Positions 11,301-23,609 of a stretch of DNA of 64,000 nucleotides are shown piece after piece. Below the pieces are notes generated by a model, which was not told the DNA's origin, did no database searches, and worked only from the letters and a program-made list of their open reading frames with translations. The translations under genes were made by a program, and so were the position numbers. How positions within the stretch are numbered: position 1 is the stretch's first letter; each line of letters opens with the position of its first letter. This DNA is from Magallana gigas (lineage: Eukaryota): NCBI RefSeq assembly GCF_963853765.1, contig NC_088860.1, positions 16,244,001-16,308,000 of the forward strand, given 5' to 3'.

Positions 11301-14300
11301 TGCTAGCCACCAAGGTCAGTGAAAACCAAATCATTTGCAAGTTCATGATAAATGATGAAGATTGAGTTAATGCAATAAGGCTATCGAGGAATGGGGAACT
11401 TGCATGGTAATTGCAGATTTATTGCAGAGAAATAATTATTAATTTCTTCTTTGAAGTCCCATTTTTTAATTTTTTGAACACTCAATTTGAGATGCGACCA
11501 GTGCTGGCAAAGATCTCAAACCATTTTGCCCCGTTGGAATTCGGTTCTCTGCAAGTTAATTTAGTCAGTTGAAATGTTGTCTTATTTACAGATCACCACT
11601 CAGAACAAGGAGCTGAAGCGACAGTCCAAGATGCTGCTGGATCTCCAGGGACCGAACCCACCGGACATCACCAAGATGAACCTTGACCTTGATCTAGATG
11701 AGAAAGAGGACTCGATGGAGGAGTATCGACAGGAGCAGTCTCAGAAAATACAGAGTATGTCTTTTTTGTGCCATATATGTCTCTCTGAAAAGATATGTCG
11801 TATAAGTTCATGTTAATACATGTACAATAAAACATGGTCAAACCCAGGTGCCAGGGACAAGCCGTTTTGATTCATTACATACAACAGTTATTCATAATAC
11901 ATGTACTACTATATACATGTATGTTTATAATGTAATACTGTAAACATCTTTAATTCCACGTGTCTAATATTTCACGATTTCCTGTGTAAGTACCTTACAC
12001 GGTGTTTTTTATTTTCACGGATAATCGATTTCTTATGCTAGAAAGGTAAATCCTGATTGTAAAAAATCTGATGAGTGATGAACCTGCATCATGTAACTTA
12101 CATTATTTTCTTTTGAATAAAGTAAAATTAAAGCCTTATTCACGTTAAGTGCCATGAGAATAATAAATCAAGTTTGTGTCAAATGTAATAAGCACTTGTG
12201 TATAATGCGCAATTGATTATTGGGCGTGAAAACTGGGGGGGGGGGGGGGGGAAGCACATTTAATCTTTTAAAAAGAAGTACACTTTTATAATCAATCAAT
12301 CTTAAAATTAACTGCTAAATGTGAATGCCGATCGCAGACAACGTCATGGTTGTACAGGAGTCTTTGCCCTCAGGTATGTCCGAGATAATAAGCGACAATT
12401 AGCACCCCGTTTCACAATGGCTTCGAAAGGGCCACAAAGATAAAGATGAAACGAATCTTCCGTTATAAATAGTTGTTTAATTATGATATTAATTTTATTG
12501 AATTAACGTAATACTCATTCAAGCTATTTTTTTACGAATATTAAATATACAATGATTACGATAAACAAGTTGTAACTTAGGCCCCGCTCAAGGACACTTG
12601 CATCTGTAATGGCGGCCAACACGGAGATGGAGAATGCACAGCTCAATATTCACGGTGGCTTAATGTTCACGGAAAATTGTCTAACCGTGAACATAGTGAA
12701 ATTAAAAACACCGTAATGTTTTTCACGTCTACAGTATTAAGGGAATGAAGCTGACTTTGCTGTATGCAGGAATTTGTTATAAGAATGTTTGCTGTAACTT
12801 TGTTTTGATATATTCATATTAATTAGCATGTATATGGTTATGTAAAAAGTTCTTGAAATGTTCAAAGTTAGAAAAAAATCATTTTCAAGTATATACACTT
12901 ACACATATATACTACAAAGGTTACGAAATGCAATTTGAAAAATAAAATTTCCTATTGTAAATAGCTTTACTTGGTAGCTACATTTACATAGAATGCTCAA
13001 AAGATTTTCTTTGTTTTTGAACAGAGTTGGAGGAAGAGTTGATTGCAGTTCAGCAGGAGCTTGGGTCTTTGAGAGAAGATCTGGGGATAGAAAAGGATCA
13101 CTCAAGTAAATGGAAAACCAAGGTACATTTGCCAACATTCTGTATGGTTACACTCTGTATAGTTACACTCTGTATGGTTACACTCTGTATGGTTACACTC
13201 TGTATGGTTACACTCTGTATAGTTACACTCTGTATGGTTACACTCTGTATAGTTACACTCTGTATGGTTACACTCTCTATGGTTACACTCTGTATGGTTA
13301 CACTCTCTATTGTTACACTCTGTATGGTTACACTCTCTATGGTTACACTCAGTATAGTTACACTCTCTATGGTTACACTCTGTATGGTTACACTCTCTAT
13401 GGTTACACTCTGTATAGTTACACTCTCTATGGTTACACTCTGTATGGTTACACTCTGTATAGTTAGACTCTCTATGGTTACACTCTGTATGGTTACACTC
13501 TGTATGGTTACACTCTGTATAGTTACACTCTCTATGGTCACACTCTGTATGGTTACACTCTGTATGGTTACACTCTCTATGGTCACACTCTGTATGGTTA
13601 AACTCTGTATGGTTACACTCTCTATAGTTACACAGGAACAACAGTTGATGCAGCTGAATGCATGATCTTATGTTATTGAATGCTTCTAGAAAATACTGTT
13701 TCATAACTTTTTTTTTATATGCTTGGACAATGAATTTTTTAAAGCTTGAAATGATACACCCTAGAAAATTCTATTTATTGTGTTGTATATATTCTACAAT
13801 GCTTGAAAATGTAAATTGGTTGGTACTTTTGTTAAAGAAGATTACAATATGCTAAGAAGTTGCCTCAAGGCCTGCTGTGCTAAATTTATTTGGACTTTAT
13901 TTCACTGTTTTTAGTTTGAAGAAATGAAGGAGAGCAGGAATGAAGCAGAGAAGGTAGTAGCCCTGTACAAGGAAGCAATGAAGGACCTATCTAAAGGTAT
14001 ACACTAACACACCAGTCTTCTTTTCTGTAACAGTTAGTAATATTTCTGTGAATGTTTATAAGATATGTTATAAAAGTGATCTATCCGGATGAAATTTGTT
14101 GATGTGAAGTAGTTTCCCTTTAGAAATTCTGATATCTTCAATTTGCAAAGACCTTATAAAAAACTTAATTTCTTGAGAATGATCTTTAGTTTTATTCAAT
14201 ATTCATTGCTATCAAAAAGAAAATGATTGTTATCCCTGAAATGGAACTTTGGTAGTTGTTTTCAGACTAAGTACTTTTCTTATTTGCAATTTATTTGGCT

Positions 14301-17300
14301 GTGAAATTCAAACAGTGATGAGATGTGAGCATTCTTCCACAATTATTTCCAATATTTTTTAAAAAGAAATAAGATGAACTGGCAAAAACCCATTTTCAAT
14401 ATTTATTTAAACCAGAAAATTTTCAGTACTTTTATTATCAACTTTTTAAACTGTGATTATATAACAGATCTAGAGTGTACAATGTTGGTGATAACTGATT
14501 TCTGTTTGACAGTGTCTGAGGAAGCAGTACGAGAGTATGAAGCATTGCAGCAGAAGTATGAGTTGGAGAAGCAGTGTCGTAGTGGAGCGGAGCAGTTTGC
14601 TACAGAGGTATATACATGTACATTTATTATAACTATACATACATTGACCATGGTCTCTCGATGATTGTTGATAATTTGCTATGATTTCCATTCCTAATTT
14701 GTTAGTTAGGGCTATTTGGACCATGGATATCGGCCTAGGTAGCTCACTGGTAGAGCTCCTGACTATAGGGTTGCAGGGGTCCCGGATTTGATTCCCAGTG
14801 CATCCATATATATTTTTTGTTGTATAACAGTATTTATTTGCTCATTCCTCCTTTCTTACTACACTAAGATAAAAATTTCGTTATTGATTGTTTGATAGTT
14901 ATATTGCCTACTTTTGTTCATACCCCCCATAATGTGATCAACTAGCCAAGTGTCAATTCTTCATTACATGTAATAGATTAAATACCCCCACCATATGACT
15001 TACTGACCAGATATCAATACAATGTTCGTATACCTAATTGCATGTGAACAATTGACCAGATATCAATTCCATATTATTTTTCCCCTCTTTGTAACCTATA
15101 GCTATTGGTTACTCTGTCATGCTCCTTACTCTCAGCCGGTTGCAGTTACCTTATTACTGATAACTTTAATACCTTTCAAACTGTGTTGCAGTAAGTTCTT
15201 CACTTTGGGTTTAGATTGAAGCTTTTCTATTTTTGATTTCATTTTGTCACAGATTCGGATTCAGAACGAGGCCATGAAGAAGCAGAGCATGATCTTACTG
15301 ACGGAGGTGGCCTCTGACCCCAAACTGATGCTGGCCCTCCACGAAGTGGAACAGCTCACTCAGGAGCTAGAGACCCAGAAACAGAAATACGAACAGGAGG
15401 TACAGTAGTCATTTGGTAATGTAATCATCTCTTCATGATCAACAATGGAGTCAAGGAGGCTCCATACCTTAGTGTCATTAAATATTTGATGGCATTTTTG
15501 ATGGATAAAGTAAAAAAAACACATATATTCTTGGACAATGTTCCTAATATTCACATTTTTTTCTTTGATAAACATTTTGCACCCTACCCGTTTGATAATA
15601 GATGGGTTTTGTAAATTCACAGAACAGGTGTTTAAGAAGGAATGATGAATCCACAGTAGCTTATTTTCAATATATTAGGAAATACATTATTTTCTAATTA
15701 ATACTGATACATGTAATTATACAGAAGAATATGTTATGATTGATCTCTATGTACCAACTTGCATTAATTTGTATTTCATATTGTTATCCAATTTAGTACC
15801 TGTTCCAGTACTTGCAATGAGCATTACTTAGAATTGAACATTTTTAGGAGACGTAGGCTAACTGGTTTATTTTATTTACCGTAGATCAAAGAGCTGAAGA
15901 AGGCTGCTGAAAATGAGGATAAAATGTTCGAGGAACTAGACAATTCTGCTTACGTGGATGAAATCAGACACCTGGAAGCCAAGGTTAAACAGTTCGAGGA
16001 CCAGTATAACAAACTCCAGGATAGATGTAGGATACATTTTGATAAAAATATCACTGAACAATTATTTTTTTTATATGAACATAAAAAAGGTATTTCATGT
16101 AAATTACGATTTTTTTTTCCACAGACATAGCTTTGGAAGCTCGATTTGAAGAAGCAACACGGCCCCCACCCCCACCCCCTCCTCCCCCACCCCCGTCATT
16201 GACCACAAAGTCAAAAGGGTAGGGTTCAATTCTCAGATTTATGTTATACCCATCTGAATGTATGGAATTTTTTTATTTTGAAAGATGTACTTGCCTGGTC
16301 TATTCTTTTTTTTTATTTTGGGATAATGAAAAACTTTTCGTATTAGTTAATCAAGTGAATTTGAATTTTCAGATTTTTATCCAAATTTAAGAGAGAAAAG
16401 AAAAAACCTACTGGAGGTAACTGCTTTACTGTAAAAAAAACAATTGAATTAATCTTAGTTTGACCAATAATTGGTAATTTATTGATACAGAGTACCAGAT
16501 ACATGTACCGGTATATGTATAATTAGATACATTGTAATTGTACATGTATTGATTTCCTTTGTATTGTACCGGTAGTTGGAATTTTGTATGTTCAAAGATC
16601 GTTCAACATTCTTAAGATTTTTTCACATTTTTATTCAGTACAAAATGTGCCTCAGAATGACACCTTTTCAAAAGCGATGAGTGAAATGATGGAACGCATC
16701 AACAGCGGAAAGCCCTTGACCCCGGGCGCAAGGGCACCACCGCGACGAAGGGTAAATATGAACCCCTTAATTTCACTTTATTAATTTAAAACTGAGAAAC
16801 TTAAAAAATCTGGATGGTTTAGAGATAATTAAATTTGTGTAATTTTATATAAGAATTTATAGTGGATATTATCAATAGTCTGTACTTAAGATTACTGTAG
16901 TAAAAGCTGTCTCTTAACCTGCTTGTGTTCTCCAGATATCTTAATCTTCTTATTAATAAGTATTTATATTACGGTAACCATACATGTTTATATAATTATA
17001 GGGAAATTATAGAGTGGTATGTTGATTACATTGCTCCTTTTGACAATTGTCTGCATTTGCACATATGTAGATATTTTTGTTTTTTTACCTCATGTACCAT
17101 TGATATGGTTTGAGAGAAATAAACATTCATTTTGCTAGTGTCAACCTGCAAAATTCTGACTGTTAAATGGTTAATCTGGCTGTAGGGGTTGTTGGAATTC
17201 ATCTAAATACCATGGTCAGAATACTGGCCAGTACATAGTATTCACCTCCAATTACAAAATAGTTCAATGTGAATAATGTAGAATTTAAATCAATACTCTA

Positions 17301-20164
17301 ACAAACTTTTAAATTAGGTTATTTCACTTTGACGAGATGTCAGTTGTGAGGACCTGTAGTGGAATAATTTCAGTATGTTTGAATATGATAATTTGGACCA
17401 GTAGTTGACTTACCAGCCTCCCTTACAATGGTGTCATAGTAAATGAAAGGAATTGCTATAGAGTCTTATTAAAGAATGTATGTACTCTACATGAATAATT
17501 ATATGTCACCTGATATCAGTTTTGAAAAACAAAAATTGTCATAGGTTCAAGTTTACTCGTACTTTTATCAAATTTCATGTACATAATTTGTCTCAATTTC
17601 CGGCAAGAAACTTGGCATCTGATCATACTTAATGATAAATGTAGGTATAATATGTTCCCACTACCTGTACATGTACTGGATAAACGAATTTGCACAAATC
17701 TGTAGGGATGAAGGGCTAACTCATGATAAATAGACATTTTGGTGGGGTTGTATACCGGTACAGGTAGACGTTTTGGTGGGGTTGTATTATTTGTTTAGTA
17801 TTTGGAGGATATCAAACACATACTGGTAACCATATACATGTACAATTAATAAGACAAATACATGTAGATTTGCATATCTATATATAGGGGTCTAACACTA
17901 GCTCTGGAGGCATGGGGTCTGTGAATGAAGAGGTCGTAGTATGTATTATGCTGTTGTCTTTCTGTCCGCATGGTAAAGGTTATGCTGTGGCATGGAAGCT
18001 TTAATAAAAAAGCTTTAGTAAAGAAATAGCTTGTTAAAAAACTTGAGAAATTTCCAGGTTTTATTTGTTGAAAACTTGTTTGCATGTACTTCTCTTTATT
18101 TTAATTAATGTTTACACGTAATCTTGATTAATCGTGAGGCACTTAAAGACAATGTCTTTATTTATAGCTTGTTTTGATTTGCTTAAAATACATGCATTAT
18201 GCCTTTTGAAAATATAACAAATTATATTAGATTCAAGAGATCTGTAAAATTCATTTTCCATATATAATATGTGCATGGCTCTTTTTGAAATTTGTTCTTT
18301 TGGAAAATTAATAGAAGCTGCACAAAGTACTTTGTCACCTTTTTCTCTTTAGTATATCTCATCTAAAGGTCCAAGAGAGCTTTCTGTACCTGTCTATGTT
18401 AATGATCTTATAACTTTCTGATTTTAACTAAATTAGATTATCAGCTTCTTAAGTCAATCCATTGAGCCAATTTCCACCAAATTTGGTTGAGAGCTTTCTT
18501 AGGAGAAAAATTTTTAACCGGGTTTTCTGAAGGAAAAATCTGGTTATTGAAATGGTAAAAATGGCGGACCGCCGGGTGGGTGGGCGGGCAGCCATCAAAA
18601 GGGTACCCTTTTTGTACGGATAACTCTTCCTACAGTTTTCAAGATAGGAAGTTGTTGTTTTGCAGATCAATTGTACAAATATCAGAGGTGTGCATATTGC
18701 TAGGATTTGAATTTCTGATAATTTCTGAAAAAAATACCAGCTTTTGAACGTAGTCATTTTTTGGCGAAATATTGCATATAGGGTACCCCTAAGGTACAGA
18801 TAACTCCTCCTACAGTTTTCAAGATAAGAAGTTTTTGTTTTGCACATCAATTGTATATATGGGATATCAGAGGTGTGCATATTACTTGGATTTTGATTTT
18901 TGATAATATATGAAAAAAAAATGCCACCTGGAAGTTGAACTTAGTTATTTTCACACAGAATATTGCATTTAGGGTACTCCATTTCTCTGAATGGGTTGTG
19001 TTTATCAATTAAGGGTTGACAAATGGATTATGGATACTGATAACACAAAAGAAAACCCGGTTTGCTGTCAATTTGACAGCTTTTCTCTTGTCTAGTTTGT
19101 TAAAATGAAATCAATGTCAATAACCCCACATCATCCCCACCCCCAACCCCCACCTTTTTGAGAAAACTAGGTCAATGTAGGAAAGTGTCATCTAATTCTT
19201 ATAACATGCATGTTTGATATTGTGTAACATTGTATCAAACAATATGATTGGATCAACTCAAATTTTGTATTTTTAATGCTACAGCCTTCAGAAACTGTTG
19301 AATCAGAGACAGGTGCTATGAAGGAGTTAAATAACATCTTGGTAAGTGAACCATGTACTAAGTACTGGCTTCTTTTAGGCATGTAAACTTGAATAATTCA
19401 GCATATTTTGATGAACATTTTTTTAAAAAATGTACATACATGTAAATATAATACAAATAACAGTTAGTACCTGATAGTAGTAGTAACCTGTCTGTGATTG
19501 CATTGATTTACAGAAAAAAATGAAGCGAACCCAGAGTGAGGCTGACATGACAAGTATGGCTGGTGGTGAAGCACAGGAGAAATCGTCTGCAGACTCAGAG
19601 CCTGCTTTCGCATTCACACTCAAAAAGAGAATGGTGGGCAGTGAAGCGCGGGAGGAATCGACTGCAGACACCCCCTCGGAGCCTTCTTTCGCATTCACAC
19701 TCAAAAAGAGATCAGACTCGGTTGACGCCTCAGTTCCAGGTAATACATGAATTACAAGAGCAAAAATCTAAAAGACTCAAAGGAAAACCAGACTGTCCTT
19801 CAATCTTCAGTGTTTACTTTAGCAGGTTTTGTGTGAATATATGTGCAGAATAAATGGATGTCAAATTGACTCCAAATCTAGGCTTGCATGTAACAACTGT
19901 CTTCATAGTTAATTGAGAATTTGTAAATTTAGTATATAGTGTATTCATATATAAATAGAAGGGGAATAGACGCACATATATAAATTGTGATCTATTACCA
20001 GTACATTGTGTACATAATACATTAAACACGTATTCTATAAATTTTTGACATGATTGTTCTCAGAAAAAAAGGAGGAGCAGCCAGAATTTTTGACACCCAG
20101 TTTCAAGCTGAAAGGAGGTCGCTTAAAGCAGCTTCTAAATCCCATGGATGAGGAAACCAATTAA
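8370..20164 (+). CDS. SHTN1: Shootin-1-like coiled-coil/proline-rich protein, 16 coding exons, about 546 aa
   Basis: Exons: 8370-8439, 10119-10171, 10734-10794, 11220-11314, 11592-11754, 13025-13122, 13915-13996, 14513-14607, 15253-15399, 15885-16026, 16125-16218, 16373-16416, 16639-16751, 19285-19341, 19514-19739, 20064-20164. All GT-AG, phases consistent, total 1641 nt. Matches to remembered human shootin-1: EIEFNCRTQAEMLATK (EIEKTCRESAEALATK), YELEKQCRSGAEQFATE, poly-Pro tract, AMSEMMERINSG (AVEEMMDRIKKG), AMKELNNIL (AVDELKGIL). Confidence 0.88.
8705..9561. mobile_element. hAT-type non-autonomous DNA transposon in SHTN1 intron 1
   Basis: 16-bp TIR TAGTGCTGAAACGAAT / ATTCGTTTCAGCACTA, exact 8-bp TSD TTCCTTTT (8697-8704 and 9562-9569), subterminal CGAATATTCG repeats. 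Confidence 0.88.
11938..12734. mobile_element. TA-flanked MITE with imperfect TIRs
   Basis: TA|CTGTAAAC ... GTCTACAG|TA, plus inverted subterminal blocks (cacggtgtttttt...ttttcacgg versus ccgtga...attaaaaacaccgt). Confidence 0.5.
13140..13633. repeat. 15-bp minisatellite (CTGTATGGTTACACT, about 33 copies) in the SHTN1 intron after exon 6
   Basis: Direct reading; explains the four overlapping repetitive ORFs in the track. Confidence 0.97.
14698..14863 (+). mobile_element. Solo LTR of the tRNA-containing TRIM family
   Basis: Aligns with the LTRs at 29781 and 30062. Has A-box TAGCTCACTGGTAGAGC and B-box-like GGATTTGATTCCC, ends TACTACA, and is flanked by CTAA at 14694-14697 and 14864-14867. 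Confidence 0.75.
18511..19095 (+). mobile_element. Helentron-associated non-autonomous element (HINE), family B
   Basis: 5' TTTTTAACCGGGTTTTC, GGCGG-type microsatellite, two internal repeats of about 155 bp, 3' inverted repeat GAAAACCCGGTT, then hairpin GCTGTCAA-T-TTGACAGC. Confidence 0.8.
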
Positions 20165-20777
20165 GTCAGGTGAGGAGGATGTCATCGTTAATTCAGGTCA
20201 AGGTTATTTAACAATTTGACATGTTGAAAATAAATATTTTCCTTTGAACTCATCCCCCCCAAAACAGCATACATAAATATTTATTTTCTAAGTCCATTGT
20301 ACATTACATATTTGTTAATTTTAAATGTTTTGTTGCATTTATACATGTATATACATACAGTATATGGCACAGCTAATGATATTGTTATTATCTTTACAGG
20401 ATGAGCTCTTCCATTGTTTCTTGTCCATGTCTTCCATGAGCACCCTCCGAGGCTTCCATGATCAATAGGAGGCTCCCATGACTCAAACAAATTCTTAAAA
20501 TAACTGAACATTCGCAATAAATTAATAATAAAATGTTTGTCTGTCACTGTGATTATAATTCAAAATTTCTTGCATGATCATGATTCCAATACATAATGTG
20601 CAATAAAAGAAAGTTTCTCTGTTGTCTGACTTTTTGGTTTCATAAGTATTATTTTTATTGTGAAAGAACAATCTTCAGTATACATTAATTGTATATTATT
20701 CATTTGTTAGCACACCAAGATGAAGTCGGTTGAAGTTTATGCTATACCCTTGGCATTGGTGATGGGAGCTGGTTTAA

Positions 20778-20778
<1 letters not shown>

Positions 20779-20814
<36 letters not shown>

Positions 20815-20908
20815 ATTCTGATCACATTTTGTCCGTCGTCCGTCTGTCCGTCCGTCTGTCCGTCTGTAAACTTTTTACATTTTGAACTTCTTCTCTAAAA
20901 CCGCTTAT

Positions 20909-20940
<32 letters not shown>

Positions 20941-23458
20941 TTATGGGAGGGCGAATATAAATTGCAGAAATAAAAGTTTGATCTGTATTCAAAGCGGAGA
21001 AAACCTTGAAACTGTAGAAAAAGGGGGGTGCATTTTTAAAAATCTTCTTCTCAAGAACTACCGAGGCAAATTCAACCTAGTTTAGCATAAATTATCCTTA
21101 TGGGAAGGAAAATATAAATTGCAAAAATTAAGTGGTAATTCTGTTTCAAATCTGAGTTATTACGAAAATAATAATAAAGGAAAGGCGTGTTTCAATCAGT
21201 TTAATAGCTTCGGGTTCGGCATACGGTAAAATGATTCCATACTTCTAAAACGAGGTTCTTTGTTTAAAGCAGCCATGACATTATACGAAAAAGGTCTTTC
21301 TGACTATGATGAATTTGCTTGTTGTGCAACAGTTCGCGTATGAAGGGAAATTTTGAAACATACAAAATATATTGGTGCCGATTTTGTGAAGTAAATTGAG
21401 GCTAAATATTTCAATGCGTTGATAGTTTTCACACATGACGATGGTGTTAGCTTGTTCTGATTTTCGTTTCGTTCTCATTATGCTTTGTAACCTGGAAACT
21501 ATCGTCTGTATTTCGTGATTTTTACGTATCAAATCAAACAGAGACTTCGGTAAATCAAACAGTTAACTGTTTACCTGCGCAAATTAAGCAAAATGTAGGG
21601 GTACTGAAATACAATTCATTTTATCGGTAATTCGGCATTATCTTTTGCGTAATGGTACATGTAGATTAATGCAATAGGTTTTGTTGAGATGCTCGGCATT
21701 TTCTCGAGTTTATTCAGTTTAAATAGAGTTTGATATCGCTGACGGAAATATGTAGGTATATACATGTATATATATGATTCATTTCGAAAAAATAAATTGT
21801 GTTCTTTATTTGTTATACATGTAGTGCATGTTTCTTGTGTTTAATTGTTTACAATTTCTATTTACTAACCATATTTGAGTGTTAAGCTTCGAATTATAAG
21901 CAAGATACAGAGATTTGCTCACAATTCTATGTTTGTACACAGATCTTAAAAACTAAAGCTTAAAAAATTTGTCAATATTTATTAAGAAAATTTACAAAGC
22001 CTGTTCTTCCAGAAACCAACTTTAACAACTTATTGTATTGTAACCTTAACCTTTTTAGCTCACCTGAGGGTGGGGCCACAATGGGGGGTCGAAGTTTAAC
22101 AAATGAATATATAGAGTAAATCTTTAAAAATCTTCTCCTCAGAAACTAATCAGCCAGGAAAGCTGAAACTTGTGTGAAAGCATCATCAGGTAATGTAGAT
22201 AAAAATTTGTGAAAATCATGATCTCCGGAGGTAGGGTGGGGCCACAATGAAGGATCGAAGTTTTACATAGGAATATATAAAATAAATCTTTAAAAATCTT
22301 CTTCTCAGAAACTAATCGGCCAGGAAAGCTGACACCTGTGTGGAAGTATCCTCAGGTAGTGTAGATTCAAAGTTGTGAAAATCATGACCCCCAGGGTACG
22401 GTGGGGCCACAATGGGGGATCGAAGTTTAATATAGGAATATATAGAGTAAATCTTTAAAAATCTTCTTCTCAGAAACTAATCAGCCAGGAAAGCTGACAC
22501 TTTTGTGGATGCATCCTTAGGTAGTGTAAATTCAAAGTTGTGAAAATCATGACCCCCGGGGGTAGGATGGGGCCACAATGGGGGATCGAAGTTAAACATA
22601 GGAATATATAGAGTAAATCTTTAAAAATCTTCTTCTCAGAAACTAATCTGCCGGCAATGCTGAATCTTCTTCGGAAGCATCCTCAGGTAGTGTTGATTCA
22701 CAGTTGTGAAAATAATAACCCCTGGGGGTAGAATGGGGCCACAATGGGGGGTCGAAGTTTAACATATGATTATATAGAGTAAATCTTTAAAAATCTTCTT
22801 CTCAGAAACTAATCAGCCAGGAAAGCTGAAACTTGTGTGGAAGCATCCTCAGGTAGTGTAGATTCAAATTTGTGAAAATCATAACCCTGGGGGTAGGTTT
22901 GGGCCACAATGGGAGGTCGATGTTTTACATAGGAATAAACAGTGTAAATCTTTTAAAATCTTCTTCTCAGAAACTAATCAGCCAGGAAAGCTGAAACTTG
23001 TGTGAAAGCATCCTCAGGTAGTGTAGATTCATAGTTGTGAAAATCATGATCCCCAGGGGTAGGGTGGGGCCACAATGGGGGGTCAAAGTTTAACAAAGGA
23101 ATATATAGGGTAAATCTTTAAAAATCTTCTCAGAAACTAATCAGCCAGATGTTTCCTTATAATTGTTAAGAATTTGGCCCCAGGACAATTCTTTGGCCTC
23201 CCGAGAAGGTTCAGAGTTTGATGTACGTTTATATCTAATATATAAACTATTGTTAAGGATCATTTTGAGAACTGCAATACTCAACATATGATATAACTAT
23301 AAAATCATCTTGTTAGAAAAGGGACTAATGATTATAAACATAAGAATATCCAGGGGAAAATGGATTTTATTTATACAGGATCTACATGTATTATTGTACA
23401 TTGTCCAGATAGTTTGTATTATGACTCCATTAAGCTGATTTTATCATACCTATTGTTC

Positions 23459-23493
<35 letters not shown>
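20779..23493 (+). mobile_element. HINE (Cg_HINE-like) carrying a satellite array
   Basis: 5' TTTTTAGCTCACCTGAGC with (GTCC/GTCT)n; 3' CTCAGGTGAGCG, palindrome GGCCCATGGGCC and TCTTGTT. Confidence 0.88.
22069..23148 (+). repeat. 166-bp satellite, about 6.5 monomers (Cg170/HindIII-type)
   Basis: The GGGCCACAATG motif recurs at about 22071, 22237, 22402, 22568, 22734, 22900 and 23065 (period 165-166). Family name is from memory. Confidence 0.9.
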
Positions 23494-23496
<3 letters not shown>

Positions 23497-23510
23497 GCAG
23501 GTGCTCTATC

Positions 23511-23609
23511 TAGCTGCAGTTCTGTAGCTCCCGGTCTAACAAAATCGGATGGACGACCTGGGTCGTCCATCGATTTTTTTTCAGACCGGGAGATACAGAT
23601 CTGCAGCTA
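23511..23609. mobile_element. 99-bp palindromic MITE
   Basis: The arms TAGCTGCAG..CTGTA..CTCCCGGTCT..GATGGACGACC fold back on each other. Flanks GTGCTCTATC and GTGCTGTATC match 9/10. Confidence 0.7.

Noticed and set aside
13098-13704. Four long repetitive ORFs (VTIQS, HTECN, GYTLY, MVTLC repeats)
   Set aside because: They result from a stop-poor 15-bp minisatellite within a shootin intron.
18449-18880. 143-aa minus-strand ORF
   Set aside because: Lies in the internal tandem repeats of a HINE; no protein family resemblance.
22069-23148. CRISPR-like array among the tandem repeats
   Set aside because: No unique spacers; these are eukaryotic satellites.
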